Origin: Bdellovibrionales bacterium Ga0074137
GTDB taxonomy: Bacteria; Bdellovibrionota; Bdellovibrionia; Bdellovibrionales; JAMPXM01
Direction: 5' to 3'
Assembly: GCA_001464715.1 (NCBI GenBank)
Contig: LNDT01000018.1
Span: 19,625-83,624 of the forward strand
DNA length: 64,000 nt
Part shown: in pieces, positions 35,971-43,933 of the stretch
Position numbering within the stretch: the first letter of the stretch is position 1
Layout: the number at the start of each line of letters is the position of its first letter
Made by a program: the position numbers and the translations under genes
The notes under the pieces: generated by a model
Databases searched by the model: none
What the model saw: the letters and a program-made list of their open reading frames with translations, nothing else
What the model was told of the DNA's origin: nothing

Positions 35971-36838
35971 TCTGAGTTCTATGAATCTCACCGAACGAAC
36001 TTGGACAGAGGCTTCTTGGGTTTCATTTGATACTGAAACCAGCGGACGTTACCCGATAGAGAGCGAAATCTGTGAGATTGCGGCCGTCAAGTGGCAGGGG
36101 GGACGAGAGGTTGATTCCTTTTCGTCTCTCGTGAAGCCGACACGCCAAATGTCTGAGCAAGTGATCCGCATTCACGGCATCACCAATGAAATGGTAGCGA
36201 CGGCTCCGAGTCTAAAAGAAGTCCTCCCAAAATTTTTAGAGTTTATTCGAGGCTCTGTTCTACTCGCTCACCACAGTCAGTTTGATCTTGGCTTTGTGGC
36301 GGCCGCACTTGAAGACTGTGGGCTGGAACTTCCCGAAGAGCCTACGATCTGCACGTCACTTTTGGCGCAAGCAACTGTGCCTGAGACCGTGAATCACAAG
36401 CTTCAAACATTAGTTCCTTTTTTTAATGTGGATCCCGGACAAGCGCACCGAGCGCTGGATGATGCTCGCGCCTGTTTGAATGTTGCACTTCGCATTTTTG
36501 AACGATTGCAGAATCAATCAGCGACGCCGCTCACGGTGATGGACATTTCAAACCGGATGCTTCGACGGAACACGACCGATCAAGGTCCGATGTATTTCTC
36601 GAGATTTTCGATTTCAGAGTTGCGGAAGGATCCATCGATCGAAAAGTTTATAGCTGCGATTCGAAGTGGTCAGCCTGTGCAGCTCACTTACGCAGGCGGG
36701 AGTCGCCCCGGTCAGCCGCGCCAGATTCAACCGGTGGGTCTTATACGGCAGCTAGATGGCGACGCTTTGGTCGCCGTCGAAGACGGCGATATTATTGCCA
36801 AAAGATATTGGCTTAAGAGCGTTCAGTCGATCGTTTGA
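35957..36838 (+). CDS. DEDDh 3'-5' exonuclease (DnaQ/epsilon-like) with an extra C-terminal domain
   Basis: Exo [10 protein letters not shown]. Exo [14 protein letters not shown]. Exo [12 protein letters not shown]. The C-terminal 100 aa or so (PVQLTYAGG...RQIQPVGL...KRYWLKSV) resemble a WYL-type beta domain. Confidence 0.85.
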   Translation: MAPPDLSSMNLTERTWTEASWVSFDTETSGRYPIESEICEIAAVKWQGGREVDSFSSLVKPTRQMSEQVIRIHGITNEMVATAPSLKEVLPKFLEFIRGSVLLAHHSQFDLGFVAAALEDCGLELPEEPTICTSLLAQATVPETVNHKLQTLVPFFNVDPGQAHRALDDARACLNVALRIFERLQNQSATPLTVMDISNRMLRRNTTDQGPMYFSRFSISELRKDPSIEKFIAAIRSGQPVQLTYAGGSRPGQPRQIQPVGLIRQLDGDALVAVEDGDIIAKRYWLKSVQSIV

Positions 36839-37841
36839 GTGGCCTGACATTCGAACCCGAACTTGGGTTCGTCGGTTCGATCGTCGGGGGATTGGGCGAA
36901 ACAGGTTCTTCGGTAACAACGACAACTTCTGTGAGTGTCTGTTTTAATATTTGATTTTCAATCACTTGCTGGCTCAAACGTGCGGCGATATTTTCGAGAT
37001 GTTTAAACTCATCGCCAGCGCGAAGCTTGAGCGTCCGCGGTTTTCCTGCCGCCAAATCATCGAGGAATTTTTCAAAAGCATACAGCGGACCTGCGATGCG
37101 ACTCGATAGAACACGACCCACCAAAAAGAGGACTGCGGCAAATGCGACACTCACAATGGCAAACGTCATGACGAACGGAGCGAGGTAGTGATCGAGGAGC
37201 TTTTGGTTGTTTCCCACCAAATCGATGATTGTGACTCTCAAAAAAGTGTACGAGAAAACGCCGGCAATCAAAGCAAAACCAAGTCCAACACCTGTCAAGA
37301 TGAAGCAGTACCGAAGCTGAAAGCGGACATTGATCCACATTCTTTTTCGAGTGTTGTCGGCGGGCCACAATATTTCTGACTCTCGCACAAGAGCAATCGC
37401 GATCATCGCATAGCCAACCCACTGTAATGCATCAGCGAGGTTGAAGGCCGGTGTTGCATTTTGCGGGGATCCGATGAGTAAAAAGTCGATCACGTAGCCG
37501 TTGATGATCCGGTCCGTAACGTTCCCAAGAATTCCGCCCAACAAAACGCTCATTCCGGAGCGAAGCAAAAGTGACTTGATCGGAAGGAGGTACTGAATAA
37601 TGGCGAACGAAAATATGAGAAACGCGCCACCTGTCGAAAGCGTCACGATGCGAAGAACGGCGGGAAGGTCACTAAAAAGTCCAAGCATGGCGCCGTGGTT
37701 GTGATGAAGCACGAAGCCAAAAGGTCCAAAAAACTGAAGACCACGAATGCCCTCAGCAAAATTTTTCGTAACCTGGTCGATACCCCAAGTAAAAAACAAT
37801 GGGAATAGAACTATCAACCAATCCAATCGACGTAGCTGCAT
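36813..37841 (-). CDS. signal peptidase II (LspA) paralog fused to 2 TM helices and a HAMP-like domain
   Basis: LspA motifs IDQVTKNF, GNVTDRIINGYVIDFL and PAFNLADA, with both catalytic Asp present. Two further TM helices follow, then RIAGPLYAFEKFLDDLAAGK...GDEFKHLENIAARLSQQV, which fits a HAMP pattern. Confidence 0.75.
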   Translation of the reverse strand: MQLRRLDWLIVLFPLFFTWGIDQVTKNFAEGIRGLQFFGPFGFVLHHNHGAMLGLFSDLPAVLRIVTLSTGGAFLIFSFAIIQYLLPIKSLLLRSGMSVLLGGILGNVTDRIINGYVIDFLLIGSPQNATPAFNLADALQWVGYAMIAIALVRESEILWPADNTRKRMWINVRFQLRYCFILTGVGLGFALIAGVFSYTFLRVTIIDLVGNNQKLLDHYLAPFVMTFAIVSVAFAAVLFLVGRVLSSRIAGPLYAFEKFLDDLAAGKPRTLKLRAGDEFKHLENIAARLSQQVIENQILKQTLTEVVVVTEEPVSPNPPTIEPTNPSSGSNVRPLKRSTERS

Positions 37842-37942
37842 CGAAACACCCCAGTTCGTCTGAACTTATCGGCAACTCATCGAACCGAGTGAATCGATTT
37901 CGAATCTAGATCTAGCGTCCGGTCGGTGTCATTTTTTGGATG

Positions 37943-39475
37943 CTATTTTTTCTGGACCTTCGTCAATGACGTGAAATCCCCGTTCTTTGATGGTGCGTAG
38001 TCTTGTACGCGTGAGCTGGCGACGGCGACCTCAAAGTCGTACCAGAGCGGGATCATTGGAAGCTCCTGATAAACGACACGCTGAACTTTTTTGTAGTGTG
38101 TGATTCGCCGGCGAACATCCTCAATCGCTCGGCCCGTATCGACCAGTTTATCAATTTCAGGATTCGAATATGAACCGCGATTTCGTCCCTTGGGAGGTAC
38201 TTCTTGCGAATGAAACGCAGTTTTATAAATGTCAGGATCCGTCGTTCCAACCCATTTCATAGTGGCCAGTTGGAAATTTCCTTGGTCCATGTCTTTATAA
38301 AACGTGGCCCATTCAAAACTTTGAAGTTTCACATTGAGACCCGCGGCTGTCAGCTGATTGGCCAAGACCTTCCCATTTTCTACAGCTTGAGTAGAATTGG
38401 ATGTCTTTAAAATGACCTCTTTCCCTTTAAGGCCGCTGGCTTCGATAAGCAGTTTGGCCTTCTCAAGATCGAACGAGGGCGGAGTGAGTGAAACGTCGTG
38501 ATAGGGATTGATGGGGGATAGAATACTTGTCGCAGCTTGCGCCAAGCCTTCGAGTTTAAACCGAATAATTTCATCGCGATTAATGGCTAGCGACAGGGCC
38601 TGCCGCGATTCAAGCCTCTTAAACGTCGGATCTTTGAGATTCACCAACATGTAAGTCATAGAGAGACCTGGATACTTAAAGACTTGAAATCCGCCCTTGG
38701 CCTCGATTTCTGTTACTTTCGCAGGAGGTAGCTCTTGTTGGACAAGGTCGAGTTCGCCCTTCATCAATTTTAAAAACCGCGTGTTGTCTTCGCGCACGAT
38801 TTTGAAAACAAGATTTTTCATTTTCGGCGGCGAGTAAGTGTTGAGCGGATTGAGCCGCAGACGAATTTCATTGGCATCCGAAGAGACGAAAGAAAAAGGA
38901 CCTGTTCCGATTGGAAGATTTCTAAAATCGTCGCCTTTTTCTTTGACGATTTTTGCGGGCATTAATTTGACAGGTGTCAGGTCTGTAAGGAGTGTCGCTG
39001 AGTACTGCTTCAATTTAATTGTCAGTTTGCCACCGGCGGGTCCGTACTCAACTTGATAAGACTCGATCGCCTCCAGTGAGCTAGCAAATCGCCCGGATTT
39101 TCGGAAGGACTCTAGAGAAAACTCGAAATCTTCTTTCGTTACCGGTAGCCCTTCTGGCGAGCCGTCATCAAACTTTAGTCCAGGTCGCAGAGTGAACGTG
39201 TAGACCAAATTTTTATACGACCACTGAGTCGCCGCTTCGCCGATGATTTCAAGATCCGGTCCCAGACGCACGATGGAAGAGAAAAGTAGGTTCGTGATTC
39301 GCATTCCGCCAGCGTCCATCGCATTGCGAGGATCTAAAGTCGACGGTGCAGCCGACAGACCAACGTAGAGAGTCGAATCGTCGTTTTTAGACTTTTTTGT
39401 GCAGCTCACCAAAGTCACGAGGGCGAGCATTGTCAGGATGGCTTTAAGGAATGAGCGCGTCTTGTTTGTCGTCAT
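37943..39475 (-). CDS. ABC transporter substrate-binding lipoprotein, family 5 (peptide/nickel, OppA/DppA-like)
   Basis: Lipobox LVSCTK. LYVGLSAAPSTLDPRNA ... TFTLRPGLKFDDGSP is typical of SBP_bac_5. Confidence 0.85.
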   Translation of the reverse strand: MTTNKTRSFLKAILTMLALVTLVSCTKKSKNDDSTLYVGLSAAPSTLDPRNAMDAGGMRITNLLFSSIVRLGPDLEIIGEAATQWSYKNLVYTFTLRPGLKFDDGSPEGLPVTKEDFEFSLESFRKSGRFASSLEAIESYQVEYGPAGGKLTIKLKQYSATLLTDLTPVKLMPAKIVKEKGDDFRNLPIGTGPFSFVSSDANEIRLRLNPLNTYSPPKMKNLVFKIVREDNTRFLKLMKGELDLVQQELPPAKVTEIEAKGGFQVFKYPGLSMTYMLVNLKDPTFKRLESRQALSLAINRDEIIRFKLEGLAQAATSILSPINPYHDVSLTPPSFDLEKAKLLIEASGLKGKEVILKTSNSTQAVENGKVLANQLTAAGLNVKLQSFEWATFYKDMDQGNFQLATMKWVGTTDPDIYKTAFHSQEVPPKGRNRGSYSNPEIDKLVDTGRAIEDVRRRITHYKKVQRVVYQELPMIPLWYDFEVAVASSRVQDYAPSKNGDFTSLTKVQKK

Positions 39476-39539
39476 GTCTTAAACTTCCCACTCGGTTCTG
39501 TTCGACGCAAGCTCTGGTACTCGTTACACTTTGAGAACG

Positions 39540-40997
39540 ATGAAGATTCTTTTGTTTGTGGCAGCCCTATTTTTTCCAATGCTCATTGCGCCAGCATCTA
39601 ATGGCCAGACGCCACTCGGATCGCGCCTCGAGAAACAATTCAAAGACGCAAAGTTCAAGTCGGGTGAGATCAGCGTCTGGATTGCTGAAGGAGAAACACC
39701 CATCTTCTCAATGGAAAGCAAAAAGCTTTTTATCCCAGCCTCCACTTCAAAGATACCGACAGCCGCGGCGGTCCTGGGGCTTTTACCGCCGGGTCACAAG
39801 TTCAAAACGGTCTTTGCTGTCGATGGGGACACGCCGAACCTTTTGGGCAATCAAACTTTTAAAGGTGGCACTTTAAAAGGGTCCCTCTATCTCATTGGCG
39901 GTGGTGATCCGTCGTTCGTGTCTGAAAGTCTTTGGTTTCTAGTCAACGAACTGCAGCGCTCGGGGTTGACGGAAGTGGATGGAGATCTTGTCGTCGATGA
40001 CTCGCGATTTGATAATGTGCGGTTTGGAGAAGACCGCCAAGACCAGCGTGTCGATCGAGCGTATGATGCACCTCTGGGAGCTATGTCGCTCAATTGGAAT
40101 TCGGTCACGGCTTGGATTCGACCCGGTGGAAAGACGGGAGATCCAGCGGAAGTGTCATTGGATGTCATGAGTCCCTTTCTCCAGCTCCAAAACAGAACGA
40201 AAACTCAAGGTGGCAGCGCTAACTCGGCGCAAGTCGAACGGCTGAATACAAAGACGCCGAAGTCTGCAGAAGTCTTTCTCGCCAGCGGAACTGTCGGGCA
40301 AACGGCCGCGGAGAAAGCAATTTACAAAAGTATTCGCGAGCCCGCTCTTTGGTCTGGTCATGCCGCCGTTCAATTTCTCGCTCAACGCGGCATTCGCGTG
40401 AAGGGAAGTGTCAGAGAGGGTGTCGCGCCAGCGGGAGCTAAAATTCTTGCGACCGCCGAAAGTAAACCTCTCGCTCATATTGTCTCGGATATGATGAAGT
40501 GGTCGAATAATTACGTCGCAGATATGCTGGTTAAAAATCTTTCGGCCGAAGCTGGCGATCGACCCGCAACCACCGCAAAAGGAATCTTGAGGGTTCGAAA
40601 TTACATCGAAAAAACTGCGGGACTCAAACCCGGAACCTATGAATTTCTAAATGGCGCAGGGTTTACGCGCGAAAACAAAATGTCGGCCGAACAACTCGGT
40701 CTCGTTTTAACAGCGATGAGAAGAGATTTTAGAATTTTTCCTGAGTTTTTAACGTCACTCCCGATTTCGGGAATCGACGGGACTTTGCGGAGCCGCTTTC
40801 AAGGCCTCGAGTCTGTCGGTTGGGTTCGTGCAAAATCAGGCTTACTCAACGGCGTCATCGGTCTTGCTGGATACACGGGTGACGAGCATGGAAAGATTCT
40901 GACCTTCGTATTTTTGTTCAACGGAGCGGCCGGTCGGGAAGATGCAGCAAGGCGACTTTTTGACCGCATGGCAAACACACTGGTGATTAACCACTGA
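39540..40997 (+). CDS. dacB: D-alanyl-D-alanine carboxypeptidase/endopeptidase (PBP4, peptidase S13)
   Basis: SxxK as PASTSKIPT. SxN as WSNNYVADM. KTG-like AKSGLLNGV. Signal peptide from the ATG at 39540. Confidence 0.85.
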   Translation: MKILLFVAALFFPMLIAPASNGQTPLGSRLEKQFKDAKFKSGEISVWIAEGETPIFSMESKKLFIPASTSKIPTAAAVLGLLPPGHKFKTVFAVDGDTPNLLGNQTFKGGTLKGSLYLIGGGDPSFVSESLWFLVNELQRSGLTEVDGDLVVDDSRFDNVRFGEDRQDQRVDRAYDAPLGAMSLNWNSVTAWIRPGGKTGDPAEVSLDVMSPFLQLQNRTKTQGGSANSAQVERLNTKTPKSAEVFLASGTVGQTAAEKAIYKSIREPALWSGHAAVQFLAQRGIRVKGSVREGVAPAGAKILATAESKPLAHIVSDMMKWSNNYVADMLVKNLSAEAGDRPATTAKGILRVRNYIEKTAGLKPGTYEFLNGAGFTRENKMSAEQLGLVLTAMRRDFRIFPEFLTSLPISGIDGTLRSRFQGLESVGWVRAKSGLLNGVIGLAGYTGDEHGKILTFVFLFNGAAGREDAARRLFDRMANTLVINH

Positions 40998-42694
40998 TGG
41001 CGAAGGTACAGCAGCCCGGCTTGCGGGGCTTCATTCTAATTGTGATTTTCGAAGTTGCGCTCATGGGCGTCAGTGCATTTCTCATCTCCGGAACGCCATC
41101 GAGAGCCGACGAGTTTGGTGCTGACGGTGGTCCCGAAGTAGCGGCACCAGATGCTGGTTCGGCCGAATTTGGACAACCTCAAGTTTTGTCTGAGGAAGAG
41201 GCCGCGACCGATCCGGAACTTTTCGAAAAGAATTTAGAAATTCTCCCCGAGCGCTACTTGATTCGTTCCACACCGTGGCGTGCTCCGAACTATTCGGGCC
41301 AAGACGGGGCCCTGGGATGGGAGCCCGATCTATTTAAAATTCCCCAGTCCCTTAAGATCAGAGTCGAATTTTGGAAAGGCATCTACTCGAAGTACACAAC
41401 CGACCAAGGTGTTCTCCACGACATCGATGACCTTGGAATCGTGTACGAGGCTTTGGATTTTCAATCCATCATGAGTGACTCGCAGATGTCTTTAAGGTCA
41501 AAGGCTCGTGCTCGAACAAAGCTTGTCGACTCGCGGCGGGCCGACATTTCAAAACGACTGGAACGGCTTTCTCGAATTAAATCTGAAAAAGATTTGAAAG
41601 ACGACATCGACAAAAAACTTTTTTCTCAGTTCGCCCCAGAAAAAGCACAGTACTACTTCCAAAAAAACCGGACGAAGGAGTTAAAGGCTTTGCGATCGAA
41701 GCTTCAAACATCCGCTCGCAGGAAAAAGATCCGATTTCAGCTTGGGCAAAAAGATAAATTCATCCTCGGAATCTACTACTCCGGTCGGTATCTGCGAGAG
41801 ATGGAAAAACACTTTCGAGCCGAACGTCTTCCGATCGAGCTGACCCGACTGCCGTTTGTCGAGAGCAGTTTCAATATTCAAGCGCGCTCACGCGTCGGAG
41901 CGAGTGGTGTATGGCAATTCATGCCGCGAACAGCGAAGCCATGGATGATGGTTAATAAAGATGTCGATGAGCGAAACGATCCCATGGCATCAACGGTCGC
42001 GGCCGCTCGGTTGATGCGGGCTAATTTCGATCGTCTCAAGACCTGGCCGCTGGCACTGACGGCCTACAATCACGGTGCGACCGGCGTCGCTCGCGCCGTT
42101 CGAAAGACCGGAACCAGAGACCTTGCTGTTATCATCGACAATTATTCGACGCGACGGTTTGGATTTGCGTCGAGTAATTTCTATGCCTGCTTTTTAGCGG
42201 CGCTCGCCGTCGAAAGAGAGGCTCGAACTCTTTTGGGTGACGTGAAATGGAGCCTCGAGTTTAACGGAGCAGAAGTTGATATTTCAAAGCCGGCGCGCTG
42301 GAAAACTTTGGTTGATCTTTATGACGGCGAAGCGCCGTTGGCCGAGCTTCAGAATCCACATTTAACTCAGCAAATTAAGAAGCAGAATCGAGAAATTCCG
42401 CGCGGTACATTCGTGCGTGTTCCGGCCTCACGCGCTGAACTGATGCGAGACTTTACAATGGGAAAAATTGCGGAAGTCGAACTGCAGCGTAGAATCGCCG
42501 TGACGCCGATACCGAGGATGGCTGCGGGACCTGGTGGAGAAGAAAGTTTACGCGACAAGATCGGCATTATCAGCGAGGCGGCGAAATCACTTTTGCCACT
42601 CTTGTCTCCGAGTACGGCAGAATCATCGACAAATTCAAGCCCCAGCAGCGATTCCTCTGTCAGTCCGGACGGTGGTGAAGGGTTTCCAGAATGA
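40997..42694 (+). CDS. lytic murein transglycosylase (SLT domain, MltD-like)
   Basis: PFVESSFNIQARSRVGASGVWQFMPRTA contains the catalytic Glu-Ser and the GxWQFM motif, followed by AYNHG. The start overlaps the dacB stop by 1 nt (TGATG). Confidence 0.85.
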   Translation: MAKVQQPGLRGFILIVIFEVALMGVSAFLISGTPSRADEFGADGGPEVAAPDAGSAEFGQPQVLSEEEAATDPELFEKNLEILPERYLIRSTPWRAPNYSGQDGALGWEPDLFKIPQSLKIRVEFWKGIYSKYTTDQGVLHDIDDLGIVYEALDFQSIMSDSQMSLRSKARARTKLVDSRRADISKRLERLSRIKSEKDLKDDIDKKLFSQFAPEKAQYYFQKNRTKELKALRSKLQTSARRKKIRFQLGQKDKFILGIYYSGRYLREMEKHFRAERLPIELTRLPFVESSFNIQARSRVGASGVWQFMPRTAKPWMMVNKDVDERNDPMASTVAAARLMRANFDRLKTWPLALTAYNHGATGVARAVRKTGTRDLAVIIDNYSTRRFGFASSNFYACFLAALAVEREARTLLGDVKWSLEFNGAEVDISKPARWKTLVDLYDGEAPLAELQNPHLTQQIKKQNREIPRGTFVRVPASRAELMRDFTMGKIAEVELQRRIAVTPIPRMAAGPGGEESLRDKIGIISEAAKSLLPLLSPSTAESSTNSSPSSDSSVSPDGGEGFPE

Positions 42695-43884
42695 TCAATT
42701 CAAAGAACTTCTACTCAGAGATGAAGGCGTTTCATCGGTTTTCGGAGCTGACGGAAGCTTCCAATTACAAACGGGCTCCCGACGACTGGTGGATTCTTAT
42801 TACCGACGTCAAAGGTTCTACGCGGGCGATCGAAAACAATCGCTACAAGGACGTAAATCTTCTTGGCGCTTCATCGATTATTGCCATTCTCAATATTCTT
42901 AAAGGCCAACAAGTTCCCTTCGTCTTCGGTGGGGATGGCGCGACTTTGCTTGTTCACGAATCTGATGTCGAGCGAGTGAAGCCGGCACTTTTGGGAACTC
43001 AGCGCCTTGCAAAAGACGTCTTCGGATTCGAACTTCGTATCGGATTGGTTCCTGTTGCGATGCTTACTCAAAGTGGTGCTGTTGTTGAGGTTGGGAAATT
43101 TGCTATCTCCGAGAAGTCGACAATTGCAACTCTTCGCGGTGGCGGTCTGAGCTTAGCTGAGAAAATGGTGAAGGACCCACGGCCTGAAAATTCGAAGTAT
43201 CGCCTCGACTTCGATGGATCAATCGCCGCCGACGTAACAAGTTTCGAAGGTCTGTCGTGCCGTTGGAATCCCATCAAAGCAAAACCAGGCTGTGAATTCA
43301 TCAGTCTCTTGGTTGTAGCCATCGATCTCAGTACATCTGAAACTGTTTATCGACGAATCATAAAAAAGATTGAAGGCATTCTCGATGAAAAAGGGAGTTG
43401 CCCGATTTCTCCAGAAAAGCTGGACCGCGGCTTAAACATCGCAAGCCTCATTAAAGAAATGCGAATTCATACCATCGGACGGTCGTTCCTCGCGAAGGCG
43501 GGACGTCTCTTTAAGATCTTCTTTGAAGTCGGCGTTATGAGAATCTTCATGGCGACCGGAGCGAAAACCAAAGACTTCTCGGCTGAAAAGTACATCCAAG
43601 AAATGTCCGACAACACCGACTTTCAAAAATTCGACGACATGATTCGAATGGTCCGCGACTGCACGACTCAACAGCGCGAACAAATTCTGAGTCTTTTGAG
43701 AGCCGAAAGAGACGCAGGCCACATCGCCTACGGGCTCCACACCTCAAACGAAGCGCTCCTCACGTGCCTGGTCTTCCAACTAGACAACCACATCCACTTC
43801 GTCGACGGAAGCAACGGTGGCTACGCCCTCGCCGCTAAACAGCTCAAAGAGCAATTGAAGATGCCTCTCACCGCAGAATACTGA
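42691..43884 (+). CDS. DUF3095-like protein (nucleotide-cyclase-like fold suspected)
   Basis: N-terminal pattern PDDWWILITDVKGSTRAIENNRYKDVNLLGASSIIAILN...PFVFGGDGATLLV, as I recall it for DUF3095. ATGA overlap with the upstream gene. Confidence 0.65.
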   Translation: MINSKNFYSEMKAFHRFSELTEASNYKRAPDDWWILITDVKGSTRAIENNRYKDVNLLGASSIIAILNILKGQQVPFVFGGDGATLLVHESDVERVKPALLGTQRLAKDVFGFELRIGLVPVAMLTQSGAVVEVGKFAISEKSTIATLRGGGLSLAEKMVKDPRPENSKYRLDFDGSIAADVTSFEGLSCRWNPIKAKPGCEFISLLVVAIDLSTSETVYRRIIKKIEGILDEKGSCPISPEKLDRGLNIASLIKEMRIHTIGRSFLAKAGRLFKIFFEVGVMRIFMATGAKTKDFSAEKYIQEMSDNTDFQKFDDMIRMVRDCTTQQREQILSLLRAERDAGHIAYGLHTSNEALLTCLVFQLDNHIHFVDGSNGGYALAAKQLKEQLKMPLTAEY

Positions 43885-43933
43885 TCGCAAACTGACGCCG
43901 CGATCTCAGTTTCAGTCGTCAGTTTGTGATCAG
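43881..43933. terminator. 17-bp inverted repeat spanning the stop codons of two convergent genes (possible bidirectional terminator)
   Basis: CTGATCGCAAACTGACG (43881-43897) pairs with CGTCAGTTTGTGATCAG (43917-43933) with one G-U pair. The loop is 19 nt. There is no U-tract. Confidence 0.35.
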
